42,936 bases of DNA, from the NCBI GenBank assembly GCA_015520605.1, contig WAPT01000022.1, forward strand, positions 1-42,936, given 5' to 3'. The position numbers were made by a program, and so were the translations under genes. Positions 18,126-28,160 of the stretch are shown in pieces (position 1 is the first letter of the stretch; the number at the start of each line of letters is the position of its first letter). Below the pieces are notes generated by a model, which made no database searches, was not told the DNA's origin, and worked only from the letters and a program-made list of their open reading frames with translations. The DNA is from Nanobdellati archaeon (GTDB lineage Archaea; EX4484-52; WAPT01).

Positions 18126-18209
18126 GCGTTCCTCCGGCCATCCCGGTGAGGTTTAGGGTGGCCATATCCTCCGCACATTTTTAATTGTTTTGTTGTTGTA
18201 TGTATTTCT

Positions 18210-19505
18210 ATGACACGAAAGCTCAGCGAAATCCTGAGAACAATTCTGGAAAATAAGGACACATTAAGAATCCTGCAGTTAATTTATTCCAATTCTGAAG
18301 GGGTGGTTTTTGAAGACATTGCCGGCGCTTTAGATGAGTTTAAAAAAGTTGAGGTGCGCGGACATGTTAAGAAACTCATAGAATTAGGATTGATTGAGGA
18401 GAAGGGTGGGATTTATTTTCTGAGTGATAAAAGAGACTCACGAATGATCTTCCATATACTCGAAAAGCTTGGTATCGTGGAAAATCACGAAGTTTCAAAG
18501 ATAAGACCAAAAGGGCAAGAATTTTTAAAAAAAGTGCATGAGTATGGAAAGGTCTGTACAATCGTTGTGCATCACAACGCTGATCCGGATGCAGTGGGAA
18601 GCGCGGTAGCTCTTGCTCTCGCTCTGAAACAAATCAATATCAAAGTAAAAGTCATAGCACCGTTAGGTATGAGCGCACAATCTAAGAAGCTTCTGAGATC
18701 TTTTCCATACCCTCTTCAGGAAAATTTCAAAACTACAGAATGGGAAAGTATGGGATTTTTTATCATTGTTGATACCGGATCCTCGACACAGTTGCCAGAC
18801 GAGCTTGTGAAATTTTTAAAAACGAATAAAAATTACGGTGTGATCGATCATCATTCGGAGGCTGATCTTACCCAAAATGCTGCTGTGTCAATAGTTGATA
18901 AAAATGCGAGAGCCACGGCGGTGATTGTGCAAATTCTTCTGAAGGCTCTGAATATAAAAATAACCAGAGAGATCTCTGTTTTTCTCGCAGCCGGCATAAT
19001 CGCCGATACGGGATTTCTGAGATCCGCAACCAACAGAGAGCTCCTTGCGATTTGCGAACTCGTTGAATCGGGAGTGGATGTCGGTAAACTAATGAAAGTT
19101 CTCCATATTGAAAAGAATTACTCCGAAAAAGTTGCAATGCTGAAGGCATTGAGGAGAGCAGAGCTTTACTCATGCGGAAAGTTAATAATAGCCTTTACAG
19201 AAATTGGTTCATACGAAGCTGCAGCTGCATTGACTCTTGTGAGAGTCGGGGCGGATATCGCAATAGCGGTCAACATTCAAAAAAATGAAATAAGAATCTC
19301 GTGCAGAATGAGACAGAATGTCACCAATGACGTGAACATGCTGGAATTATTCAAGAATCTCGAGAATGTTTTGGGTGGAAAGGGCGGGGGGCATCCAACT
19401 GCCGTATCATTTAACGGGAAAATACCTGAAAACTGGGAAAATGCCAAGAAAGTATTGCTCAAGAAAATTGAGGAAAAAATCGGAGAAAAAATTAAAAAGA
19501 TTTGA
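18210..19505 (+). CDS. DHH/DHHA1 phosphoesterase with N-terminal winged-helix domain
   Basis: HHNADPDAVGS, IVDT, IDHH, GIIADTG, GGGH; about 95-aa HTH-like N-terminus. Confidence 0.88.
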   Translation: MTRKLSEILRTILENKDTLRILQLIYSNSEGVVFEDIAGALDEFKKVEVRGHVKKLIELGLIEEKGGIYFLSDKRDSRMIFHILEKLGIVENHEVSKIRPKGQEFLKKVHEYGKVCTIVVHHNADPDAVGSAVALALALKQINIKVKVIAPLGMSAQSKKLLRSFPYPLQENFKTTEWESMGFFIIVDTGSSTQLPDELVKFLKTNKNYGVIDHHSEADLTQNAAVSIVDKNARATAVIVQILLKALNIKITREISVFLAAGIIADTGFLRSATNRELLAICELVESGVDVGKLMKVLHIEKNYSEKVAMLKALRRAELYSCGKLIIAFTEIGSYEAAAALTLVRVGADIAIAVNIQKNEIRISCRMRQNVTNDVNMLELFKNLENVLGGKGGGHPTAVSFNGKIPENWENAKKVLLKKIEEKIGEKIKKI

Positions 19506-19579
19506 AAAAAAGTAGGGAATGGTTCGTTTCATTCTTAAATTAAACATTGAGGATGGGATAAAAAGGAGGTGGTGTGTTG

Positions 19580-19837
19580 ATGGAGGCACTTCATGAAATA
19601 AAAGCGGTGCTCAAAGAACTTGCAGAGGATAAAAAAATACCCAAGAATGTTCGCACGGTAATAGAAAATGCCATTAGAGAGCTTGATAAGGAAAATCTAC
19701 CTCCAAAAACGAGGGTCAATACTGTTATAACAATGCTGGAAGAGGTCAGCAGTGATCCGAATCTTCAACCATTTTCGAGAACCGAAATCTGGAGTGTTGT
19801 GTCCATGCTCGAGATGGTGCAAAAAGAATTGGAATGA
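19580..19837 (+). CDS. UPF0147 family protein
   Basis: D..IPKNVR, LEEVSSDPNLQPFSRTEIW. Confidence 0.9.
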   Translation: MEALHEIKAVLKELAEDKKIPKNVRTVIENAIRELDKENLPPKTRVNTVITMLEEVSSDPNLQPFSRTEIWSVVSMLEMVQKELE

Positions 19838-19893
19838 TCGCATCTTTTTCTCTCTATTTTTTCTTCTTATTTTTTAGTAACTCAACTTTATTT

Positions 19894-22800
19894 TCATCTG
19901 AGCAGAGTGATCACCATACCTAACAGCGCTGTTACCACAATATTCGTGAATGAAATTCCGGGCTGCTTGACTCCGACCTCTCCTCCCTTTTTCGGAGGCA
20001 CTACAACTACTCGAAGGGATGTTGGTTGTGACGATTTGCCAGTAATCTGACTCTTTGTAGTTATATTGATCGTATAGGTACCTTCAGCATATGGCTTCAG
20101 AAGGATTGCCACCACGTGTTTCGACGCACTATTTATGATAAAAGTTCTGCACTTTGATTCAGATGAAACACCAAGCCCCATCACAAACGCTTCAATCTTA
20201 TCCTCGTACGGATTCTGAACACAAACCGTTATATTATCAGGCACAGGATTCAAGTTATAAATGATTATCGGTACGCGCATCTCTTTGACATCCGTGCTCA
20301 CTCTGATCTCCGATCCGTAAGCTGTATTTACTGGAGGAGATTTAATATTCTCAATTGCGGCACATGTATGTGTGTCAATCCTGCAAACGCCAGAATAACA
20401 TTCGTCATTTGAGGAACACGGACAGTTTGTGAACTTTTTCACCACAAACGTTCCTTTTATATTCCAAAGATTTCCGGCGCCGTCCTTGAGGTACAATGTG
20501 TAGCTGTAAGTCCCCGCACCATTACAGCTGGTGGGAGTCTTTAGTGTGCAGACATACGTATTTTCGGTCGTGTAACATTTTTTATCACTCATATTGGTCG
20601 TGAACTCCATAAATTTACATCCCGATTCATCATCACTACAGGACAGGGTAACGTTCATAAATGAGCTAGTGGAAAGGATTGGAGGTTCAATCATAACCCG
20701 ACCTGCGGGTGCCTTTTTATCTATTTTTACTGTGATGTTCTTCCAGCTCTCCGCATTACCTGCATTATCCACGCTCCTGTAAAATATCTGTTCCACGCAA
20801 GCCTCACCCTCCGGACATGTTATTGTAAGTTTAAATGGATTTTGAGTTGTTGTCTTTTTGCTCGATTCTCCCTCGCTACCGAGATAGTACTCAAGGTATC
20901 TGCAACCTGAGCCGTTGAAATCGTTGCATGTAAACCTGAGAGCAACATTCTTATTTGTCCACGGAGCTCTAATGTAATCATAATCAGTTTGGAGCTGAGT
21001 CACAGGATTTTGTTTGTCTATCCTAAATGGTTTGCTCTTCTTAACACGCTCCACGTTACCCCAATTATCAACACCATAGTAACATATTGAGTATTCATGA
21101 GCTTCATTATCTTTGCCGCGTATGGTGATCGTAACAGTATTGCTGTTCTGAGAATAGTAAGTGGTTGTGGTTGGATCTGGGCATGAGGAAGAGGCCGGAA
21201 TGAGCTTATAATATATTTTACTGCATCCTGAACCGCTCCCATCATTACATGTAAGCGTTACTGTGATATCGTGGTTCACCCAGTCTGTTCCGTTTGGTTT
21301 GATGATGGTTGTCGGCGCCTGATCGTCGATGAAGACCGATCCACACTTGGAAGTTTCAACGTTCCCCGCATTATCAACAGAGTAATAACACACCTTCCAT
21401 CTCGCCACCTGACCGGATTGAGCTGTTATAGTGAACGGACCTGTGTATTTGGTTGTTGGTGTGCATGATGATGATGTCGTCTTGCAGTAGTAAGTGGCAG
21501 CACATTTACTTGCATAAATGCTGTGGTCCGTACATGTGAAATTAATCCGAATCGTTGAGGGAGAGAGTTTGGTCTGAGTCATGTAAGTTACGGGAGCGTA
21601 TGGATCACATCTTATATACCCGTTGGTTGGGTTGTACCACCAACCGCCGATGTTGTTGTTAATATCTTTACATTTAAGTGCGAATCTAACAGAATCATAA
21701 GGCGTGGCGACAAAAGTATATGAGTTGAAAGTGTTGTTTCTCCACCCGAAGTATTGCCATTTACCGTTGTGATAGATCGCGAAGTAATATGGTTGAGATG
21801 CAAGCCCGATGTTGTCTGTGTATTCCCATGAAAGATGGAATTCACAGTTCTTAGTCCATCCCGCCGAAATAGTTGGATTGAACTTCACCAGTGTGGGTGG
21901 TTGTGTGTCCTGTGTTGTGAGAATTTCGGTACATTTTGTGTTCTCTTTATTTCCAAGTTTATCAACAGAGTAATAACACACCTTCCATCTCGCCACCTGA
22001 CCGGATTGAGCTGTTATAGTGAACGGACCTGTGTATTTGGTTGTTGGTGTGCATGATGATGATGTCGTCTTGCAGTAGTAAGTAGATGAGCAACCAACCC
22101 CCCCGGCATCACTGCACACAAAGTTGATCTCATAACCGCCGTTACTGAGTTTTGTTTTTTGTAAATATGTTGTTGGGGCGTTAGGGTCGCATCTAACATA
22201 GGATGTATCTGGCAAATACCACCAACCACCAATATTGCCTGAAGAATCTCTGCATTCCAGTGCAAACCTTACGGGGTCGTACGGCCTTGCAGTAAATTTG
22301 TGTGAGGTGGCGGTACTCCAAGAAGTATAGTGCCACTTACCTCCATAATATGTTGCTAACTTGTATGGTGTGGATGCTAACTCCGTATTATCCCTACACA
22401 ACCATTCTAGGTTATACGTGCAACTTCTACTCCATCCTTTAAGACTACCATCGTAACCGGAATAGTATTCTTCTTTGCCAAAACTGACGGAAGTTGAAAG
22501 TCCCGGATAATATTTATAGATTTTCACATAGTCCACATAACTGTATGAGCTTTTAAACTGAAGGGAAAACTTGTGGAAATCTGTTTGGATAAGCTTGACA
22601 TGTCTCGTATCAAGTCTATAATTGTTCTGCCAAATCTCCTGCTTGTTGGTATCGATATAAATTTTATAAGTGTACCAGTTTCTAAGGTAGCGAGAAGGAC
22701 AACAGCACTGCCATCCATCACAATGTCTATCGAAAAAGTGATACCAATATCTGCTTTCTGTGAGGAATGGACAAGCAAATGAGTGTGAACCGATCCAACA

Positions 22801-25800
22801 GTGGAATGAGATATCGTAGGCCCATTTGTTCGAACCCGATTTTGCTCTGACCTCAATCATCACAGGTGACTCCGAGAGATTTGCGTTGAATTCTGAGGAA
22901 ACAAGCGGCATGTTTTGACTACCCCAATCATTAGCATAGTTAATGAGATACCCGTTCCTCACACCCCAGTTCCTCACCCAATTCCATTTTGTTGTGTCCT
23001 TTCTGCTAAAATCATCGTAGAAAATAAATCTTGCAGAAATGTCACTTTCGGATGTTGCTGAAGGATTACCATAGTACATATAAAGATCTATTTTGTGATT
23101 CTTCCCGCTGGGGATGATGGGTATATTTACCCACACGGATACCTTGGTAGGGGTGCAGGATTCCAAGTAATATTTTAGTTTCTCTCCATCAAGCGTTGTG
23201 AACCTCAAATCCGCACAGTCGCTCCTCATTTTTCCAGCGGAAATTAAACGGGATGGATCAAAAACTATCTTTACTGGATAGTTTTCCAACTCTCTGTCCG
23301 TTGAAGTTGTTATCGTTATTCTCTTTCTGTAATTCCAGTAATTCTGTCTTTCGGGTAAACCGTAACGTATGAAACTACGAGTTTTCATTACAGATACGGG
23401 TGGGATATATGCGTAGACATCGGCTCTACCGCGAAGATTAGATACTGAAAATAGTCTCCACGAGGTATCACCTGGAGCAATGAAGTAGAGTCTTACACCA
23501 TCCCACCCTCCTTCCTCTTCATGCCTAACGATTAATTTATGCCAACCTTTAGAAAGGTATATTGGTCTGTGATGATAAAAGCAGAGACATGGGGGGTGGC
23601 CCCCATACCACGAAGCCACTACTTTTCCATCGATCTCCACCTCAACAGCATCATCACCATCTATGGCAAAATACCACCTCCCCGGTTTCTTAACATAGAG
23701 CCAAGTTGTGAAGAAATAATTCACATGGTCGTAGTGGTTTATACGTGGGAATATGGATATCCTGTCCACGAGTCTATACTCATATATAATATTATAAAGG
23801 TAATCATTCACGAGTCCGTTGTGATTGAATGGGTGACCTATTCTCCCACCATATCTCACGTAAAGAATCTTACCGGCATCTCCTTTTTTGTAACTATCCG
23901 GGTATTTCAACCAACCCCAAGCAGGCACCCCTTTAAAATAAACGAGCTCTGGAGGTCTAATGTCGGACCGCTTCTCTACCAACACATCACAACTGAGCCC
24001 AGCACCATCTGGACAGCAGCAACAACCCCCGCAATTATTTGGGCGTGAGGTTCCAAAGTGCATGATCCACTCGTCACCCGTGGTGGATATTTTGTATCCT
24101 CCCCTCACACCACATTCAGGTATGCCCACAACTTTCCAGTTGTTCAGGTTTATATAAAGATATCCCTCAACGGCTGCACCTCTGGCAACCCCGTAACAGC
24201 AGTCAGCATGCTCCGTCGTGCCAATAAGTCTTATCATCCATTTTGTACTACCCTCTTTTATTTTGTTTGCATACCATCCCCTATAACGGGTGCACGTGTC
24301 GCGACCTGGTAAGATATAGCACCAGTAAGCACAACACCCTCGGCATCTAGGATCCGAGGGATTAAGCCGGAAGTTAAAAGTCTCAGTATGGGTAAATTCC
24401 TTATCGAATTTTGTGCAATAAAGCTGGTTTAGATTGCCATGGGATAATGTAAACGGATGAATTGGCCCATATCGAGCTGTAACCCACTTAACACCTGCGT
24501 CAGTGCATGAAGCTGCGTGAACAACAGTAGGTGTGAGAATTATATTTACTGTTATTGATAATATTAACCCTATCAGGAAGAACACAGCAATTTTCCTACT
24601 TTCTGTATAATAGGGTTGAGGTGGCTGCGGATAATAGTATGGTGCGTGTTCCCCACCACTTTCATCTCCAGAACCGCTCTGTCGTCCTCTTTTTTCTCCT
24701 GAACTCTCCTTTTTCCTCTTCTCTTTTAAAACCAACCATACCACAACCGTTACACCTATCAGAATAATTACCACCAGCAGTATCCATTTAATTCTGTTCC
24801 CTGCTCCTTTTTCATGTGCTGTTGGAAGTCTTTGCATTTCCTTCGAGACCTCCGGGTAAGAGGGTTGTGCCCCTGCCTGTGATAGGCTTAACCTCTCTGT
24901 GATGGATGCTGGCTTTCTAACAGCATCCCCTGCATAACTTATCATAACTCTAAACTCCCCTTCCCTTTCCGCATAGGATGGCACTCTGAAGGAGACTTCG
25001 AATTTACCCGTAGCATCTGTCTCAATATCGGCGATGTGTGCCATAGAAACTTCATCATAAATGCTCAGAGGTGCGTGTGCCAAAGGTACCAAAGCCTCTT
25101 TGTTCCCGGTCTCGTAAACCACTCCTGTAATGGTCGCGTAAGTTCTGTTAAGCTTGTCCTTCCATAGGTGCTTAGAAGTTATGTTTATAACGACCAATCT
25201 TGTAGCGTTGCAGGATGGTTTTGCACCTCCTACCTCCATCTTCGCTTTTTCTACATAAAATGTAGTTTCCGCCTCCCTCAAATCTCCATCTGGGTAATAA
25301 CAGTAAAACATTATTGAATTCTTACCATCTTTACCATAAACGAAAACATCCGTATCGTTTTCTATCGTTGTATTCGGCATGTTATTTAGAGAATAGTAGC
25401 ATTTGCATCCAGTTCCATAACAACGTATCCTGACCTTAACTTCCTGGGTTTTGAATTTTGCACCGTTTTCTGGATAGACTATCAACACCCATCGCTTCTC
25501 TTTTTCTTTTAACAAATCAATACATTTTTCTGCATTGTTTATTATTTGTGTATAAAGGCATGAATTTGTGGAGTGATCATACACCCCTCCCTTATAAAGA
25601 GTCGTGCCTTCACATTTTTCAGGACAGATCTTCGAAGCATTGTAAGTCACATTTATCACATGTTCCTCTGTTCTCTTTCTCTTCACAGCACATTTTGTTG
25701 AGTTTTTGACTATTATTGAATAGAAACACGACCCTGTCGTTTTATCGTACACACCGCCCCCATAAAAAACTGTACTGATACATTTATCAGGACAACGTTG

Positions 25801-27339
25801 GATGTTCTCGTTTTTACTTGTGTTTCGTATTTCTTCCTCTTCCATCGATTGTGGGGTGCGTGAGGACATGCAGATATTGGCATTGTTGATAATAACTGTG
25901 TAAATGCAGTTGCCGGTGGAGTGATCACAGACACCATTGCTGTAGTAGGTTGTACCTTCGCACTTATCCGGGCAGGTTACGTTTGCGCACGGATTAATCT
26001 GGGTTTTGTTGGTGATACTAGGCACTTCCTTTCTGGATGATGGGGTTTTTGGTGTCGCGCCTTCTCCGGTTTTGCATTTATCTGAATTGTTGATAATAAC
26101 TGTGTAAATGCAGTTGCCGGTGGAGTGATCACAGACACCATTGCTGTAGTAGGTTGTACCTTCGCACTTATCCGGGCAGGTTACGTTTGCGCACGGATCC
26201 TTCCATCCCGGCAAACAGTCCTTTGAACAAGTTTCATAGTTCTCACCGCTCTCACAGATACCATTGCCACAAACAGGAATATTAACTTCCGGCTCCTCTA
26301 TCGGGATTCTTGAATCGACCATTAAATATATGTTGTTGCTCCCGCTCCTGTCAGAACGCCAGACGAGATAGTAATACTTGCCGTTGTAGATAAGGAATGG
26401 CTCATCATCATTTGCGGTTGAGTTTGTGATTTGAAATGGCCCCCTCCATTGACCACCATCATAGTAAATATAATGAATTTCCTCATCATATCCGGAGTAA
26501 ACTACAATATAGGTTGTGCCATTGTATGTGGCAAAACATGTACTGGCATTTTCAACTACAGGAGTTCCTCCACCGCTCATTCCCTCAAGAGTGTTTCCGG
26601 CCATGATGTAACACTTTCTTCCCTCAACCCAACTCAGCACATACTTACCGTGTGCATAGACAAGTTTCGCCTCAGTTACGCTTCTTGATAAACTTCTTAC
26701 AAAAAACGGCTTGCTCCACGATAGACCATCCCTACTTGCAGAACACTCAAGAAAATCAACCATTCCCCGCCCGGTGATCTCAAAATAATCCAACCAGCAA
26801 GCAAGATATTGAGTGCCGTTGAAAAGCAGGGAGAGACTCGCATAATCGTGACTTACGTCACTTTTAGCGAAAAGAATCGGGCCATTCCAGTTGATCCCGT
26901 CTGTTGATGAACTTACATAAATATATTTTTTTATAGAGGTTGTATTCGACCCCGCATTTATCCACGATATCCATCCAACCAGAAACCTGCCGCCCCCATA
27001 CACCACTGTTGGATAATCACTCATGTTCGCAATCCTTTGTGAAAAATTCAGGAGTTTTGATTGATTGTAAGATGAAAAAAGACCATCAATAGACCATGTC
27101 ATCCCACCCTCATCCGAAAGCCATATGATCAACGCATCCCCTTGACTGTTGATCGCGATCTCGGGACTCAGTTCGTTAGTAGCACTTTCAGTTATTTGCT
27201 GGGGTGTCGTTGCAAGGGAAAGGGTTGGTATAAAAAACAGAGTAGTGAAAATCACTACGAGAGCAAAAAATGATGAGTTTTCTTGAGATATCGCCATAGG
27301 ATACATTGGGATAAAAAAATATATAAAAATTTCAACCAA
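19894..27339 (-). CDS. Giant modular cell-surface glycoprotein/adhesin (propeller-like, Cys-rich repeats, internal TM pair, PA14-like, DUF2341-like, Ig-like repeats, C-terminal PG-TM anchor)
   Basis: N-terminal signal peptide (start probably 27306 or 27297); CGNGICE motif; WYFAIDGDDAVEVEIDG; WNYRKRITI..DLRFT..YYGNPSA; YYSVDNAGN repeats; many NxS/T sequons. Confidence 0.85.
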   Translation of the reverse strand: MVEIFIYFFIPMYPMAISQENSSFFALVVIFTTLFFIPTLSLATTPQQITESATNELSPEIAINSQGDALIIWLSDEGGMTWSIDGLFSSYNQSKLLNFSQRIANMSDYPTVVYGGGRFLVGWISWINAGSNTTSIKKYIYVSSSTDGINWNGPILFAKSDVSHDYASLSLLFNGTQYLACWLDYFEITGRGMVDFLECSASRDGLSWSKPFFVRSLSRSVTEAKLVYAHGKYVLSWVEGRKCYIMAGNTLEGMSGGGTPVVENASTCFATYNGTTYIVVYSGYDEEIHYIYYDGGQWRGPFQITNSTANDDEPFLIYNGKYYYLVWRSDRSGSNNIYLMVDSRIPIEEPEVNIPVCGNGICESGENYETCSKDCLPGWKDPCANVTCPDKCEGTTYYSNGVCDHSTGNCIYTVIINNSDKCKTGEGATPKTPSSRKEVPSITNKTQINPCANVTCPDKCEGTTYYSNGVCDHSTGNCIYTVIINNANICMSSRTPQSMEEEEIRNTSKNENIQRCPDKCISTVFYGGGVYDKTTGSCFYSIIVKNSTKCAVKRKRTEEHVINVTYNASKICPEKCEGTTLYKGGVYDHSTNSCLYTQIINNAEKCIDLLKEKEKRWVLIVYPENGAKFKTQEVKVRIRCYGTGCKCYYSLNNMPNTTIENDTDVFVYGKDGKNSIMFYCYYPDGDLREAETTFYVEKAKMEVGGAKPSCNATRLVVINITSKHLWKDKLNRTYATITGVVYETGNKEALVPLAHAPLSIYDEVSMAHIADIETDATGKFEVSFRVPSYAEREGEFRVMISYAGDAVRKPASITERLSLSQAGAQPSYPEVSKEMQRLPTAHEKGAGNRIKWILLVVIILIGVTVVVWLVLKEKRKKESSGEKRGRQSGSGDESGGEHAPYYYPQPPQPYYTESRKIAVFFLIGLILSITVNIILTPTVVHAASCTDAGVKWVTARYGPIHPFTLSHGNLNQLYCTKFDKEFTHTETFNFRLNPSDPRCRGCCAYWCYILPGRDTCTRYRGWYANKIKEGSTKWMIRLIGTTEHADCCYGVARGAAVEGYLYINLNNWKVVGIPECGVRGGYKISTTGDEWIMHFGTSRPNNCGGCCCCPDGAGLSCDVLVEKRSDIRPPELVYFKGVPAWGWLKYPDSYKKGDAGKILYVRYGGRIGHPFNHNGLVNDYLYNIIYEYRLVDRISIFPRINHYDHVNYFFTTWLYVKKPGRWYFAIDGDDAVEVEIDGKVVASWYGGHPPCLCFYHHRPIYLSKGWHKLIVRHEEEGGWDGVRLYFIAPGDTSWRLFSVSNLRGRADVYAYIPPVSVMKTRSFIRYGLPERQNYWNYRKRITITTSTDRELENYPVKIVFDPSRLISAGKMRSDCADLRFTTLDGEKLKYYLESCTPTKVSVWVNIPIIPSGKNHKIDLYMYYGNPSATSESDISARFIFYDDFSRKDTTKWNWVRNWGVRNGYLINYANDWGSQNMPLVSSEFNANLSESPVMIEVRAKSGSNKWAYDISFHCWIGSHSFACPFLTESRYWYHFFDRHCDGWQCCCPSRYLRNWYTYKIYIDTNKQEIWQNNYRLDTRHVKLIQTDFHKFSLQFKSSYSYVDYVKIYKYYPGLSTSVSFGKEEYYSGYDGSLKGWSRSCTYNLEWLCRDNTELASTPYKLATYYGGKWHYTSWSTATSHKFTARPYDPVRFALECRDSSGNIGGWWYLPDTSYVRCDPNAPTTYLQKTKLSNGGYEINFVCSDAGGVGCSSTYYCKTTSSSCTPTTKYTGPFTITAQSGQVARWKVCYYSVDKLGNKENTKCTEILTTQDTQPPTLVKFNPTISAGWTKNCEFHLSWEYTDNIGLASQPYYFAIYHNGKWQYFGWRNNTFNSYTFVATPYDSVRFALKCKDINNNIGGWWYNPTNGYIRCDPYAPVTYMTQTKLSPSTIRINFTCTDHSIYASKCAATYYCKTTSSSCTPTTKYTGPFTITAQSGQVARWKVCYYSVDNAGNVETSKCGSVFIDDQAPTTIIKPNGTDWVNHDITVTLTCNDGSGSGCSKIYYKLIPASSSCPDPTTTTYYSQNSNTVTITIRGKDNEAHEYSICYYGVDNWGNVERVKKSKPFRIDKQNPVTQLQTDYDYIRAPWTNKNVALRFTCNDFNGSGCRYLEYYLGSEGESSKKTTTQNPFKLTITCPEGEACVEQIFYRSVDNAGNAESWKNITVKIDKKAPAGRVMIEPPILSTSSFMNVTLSCSDDESGCKFMEFTTNMSDKKCYTTENTYVCTLKTPTSCNGAGTYSYTLYLKDGAGNLWNIKGTFVVKKFTNCPCSSNDECYSGVCRIDTHTCAAIENIKSPPVNTAYGSEIRVSTDVKEMRVPIIIYNLNPVPDNITVCVQNPYEDKIEAFVMGLGVSSESKCRTFIINSASKHVVAILLKPYAEGTYTINITTKSQITGKSSQPTSLRVVVVPPKKGGEVGVKQPGISFTNIVVTALLGMVITLLR
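21371..22083. repeat. Identical 125-bp intragenic direct repeat (21371-21495 and 21959-22083)
   Basis: Exact match, 588 bp (196 codons) apart. Confidence 0.9.
25882..26198. repeat. Identical 113-bp intragenic direct repeat (25882-25994 and 26086-26198)
   Basis: Exact match, 204 bp apart; encodes PCANVTCPDKCEGTTYYSNGVCDHSTGNCIYTVIINN. Confidence 0.9.
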
Positions 27340-27357
27340 TGAGAGTAGAAATGAAGT

Positions 27358-27624
27358 ATGGTCACGCTTGGTGATATTCCTATCGAAAACATAGGCATAC
27401 TGATAATTTTTGCAGGGATCTTATTGATTCTTATAGGGATGTTCGTGCTTATTTTTTCCGGTATTAAAGGCAATACAGACACTCATGTTGAAGGTGCGTT
27501 TATCGGTTTCATTGGCCCGATACCAATCGTTCTCGGAACAAGCAAACAGGCCATTGTGTTCGTGCTCCTTTTCTTTGTTATCACACTCGTGTTCTTTCTT
27601 TTTTTAAAAAGTTTTCATCTATGA
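27358..27624 (+). CDS. DUF131 / TIGR00304 membrane protein
   Basis: Two TM segments and FIGPIPIVLGTS motif. Confidence 0.88.
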   Translation: MVTLGDIPIENIGILIIFAGILLILIGMFVLIFSGIKGNTDTHVEGAFIGFIGPIPIVLGTSKQAIVFVLLFFVITLVFFLFLKSFHL

Positions 27625-27667
27625 ATCCCTATCGCCCCCCATTATTCAGTTAAGATTGTGTTTAATT

Positions 27668-28099
27668 ATGATGATAAAGAGAATAGAGGGTGTTAGAGTA
27701 GTGAGAGAGAAAAGTAAATTCGTGGCGGTGATTAACCGCACAAAGGGGTGCAGGATTGAAAATGTTGAAGTAGCATCAAGGATAGCTGAGCTTATCCGGG
27801 GTCTGATGTTCAGGAGCGAGGGGTGTATGCTGCTTGACTTCAAAAGGGAAAAAACTGTCGGCATCTGGACTTTATTTATGAAGTATCCCCTTACGATTGC
27901 ATTTGTGCGAGAAAACGGCGAGGTTACCGGAGTTGTGGAAAACGCACCCCCTCTCAGCTTGGATCCGAAAACATGGAAAATTTATTATCCCTCTTCACCC
28001 GTGAGGTATGTGCTCGAGCTTGATAAGAGAGCCGTAAAGAGATCCAAATTTGATGTGGAAGAAGGGGATGTCCTCAAGTTCGTTGAGGTCGGGTCTTAG
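27668..28099 (+). CDS. DUF192 (UPF0127) protein
   Basis: GLMFR, IWTLFMKYPLTIAF, RYVLEL. Confidence 0.88.
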   Translation: MMIKRIEGVRVVREKSKFVAVINRTKGCRIENVEVASRIAELIRGLMFRSEGCMLLDFKREKTVGIWTLFMKYPLTIAFVRENGEVTGVVENAPPLSLDPKTWKIYYPSSPVRYVLELDKRAVKRSKFDVEEGDVLKFVEVGS

Positions 28100-28160
28100 A
28101 AGTTTTAAATTTTTTCCTCGATATTTTCGATGTTCATACACAGAACATATTTGTCTTTTC

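Noticed and set aside
19894-27339. Diversity-generating retroelement TR/VR pair in the giant gene
   Set aside because: The repeats are identical, with no adenine-specific mismatches, and no reverse transcriptase is in the window
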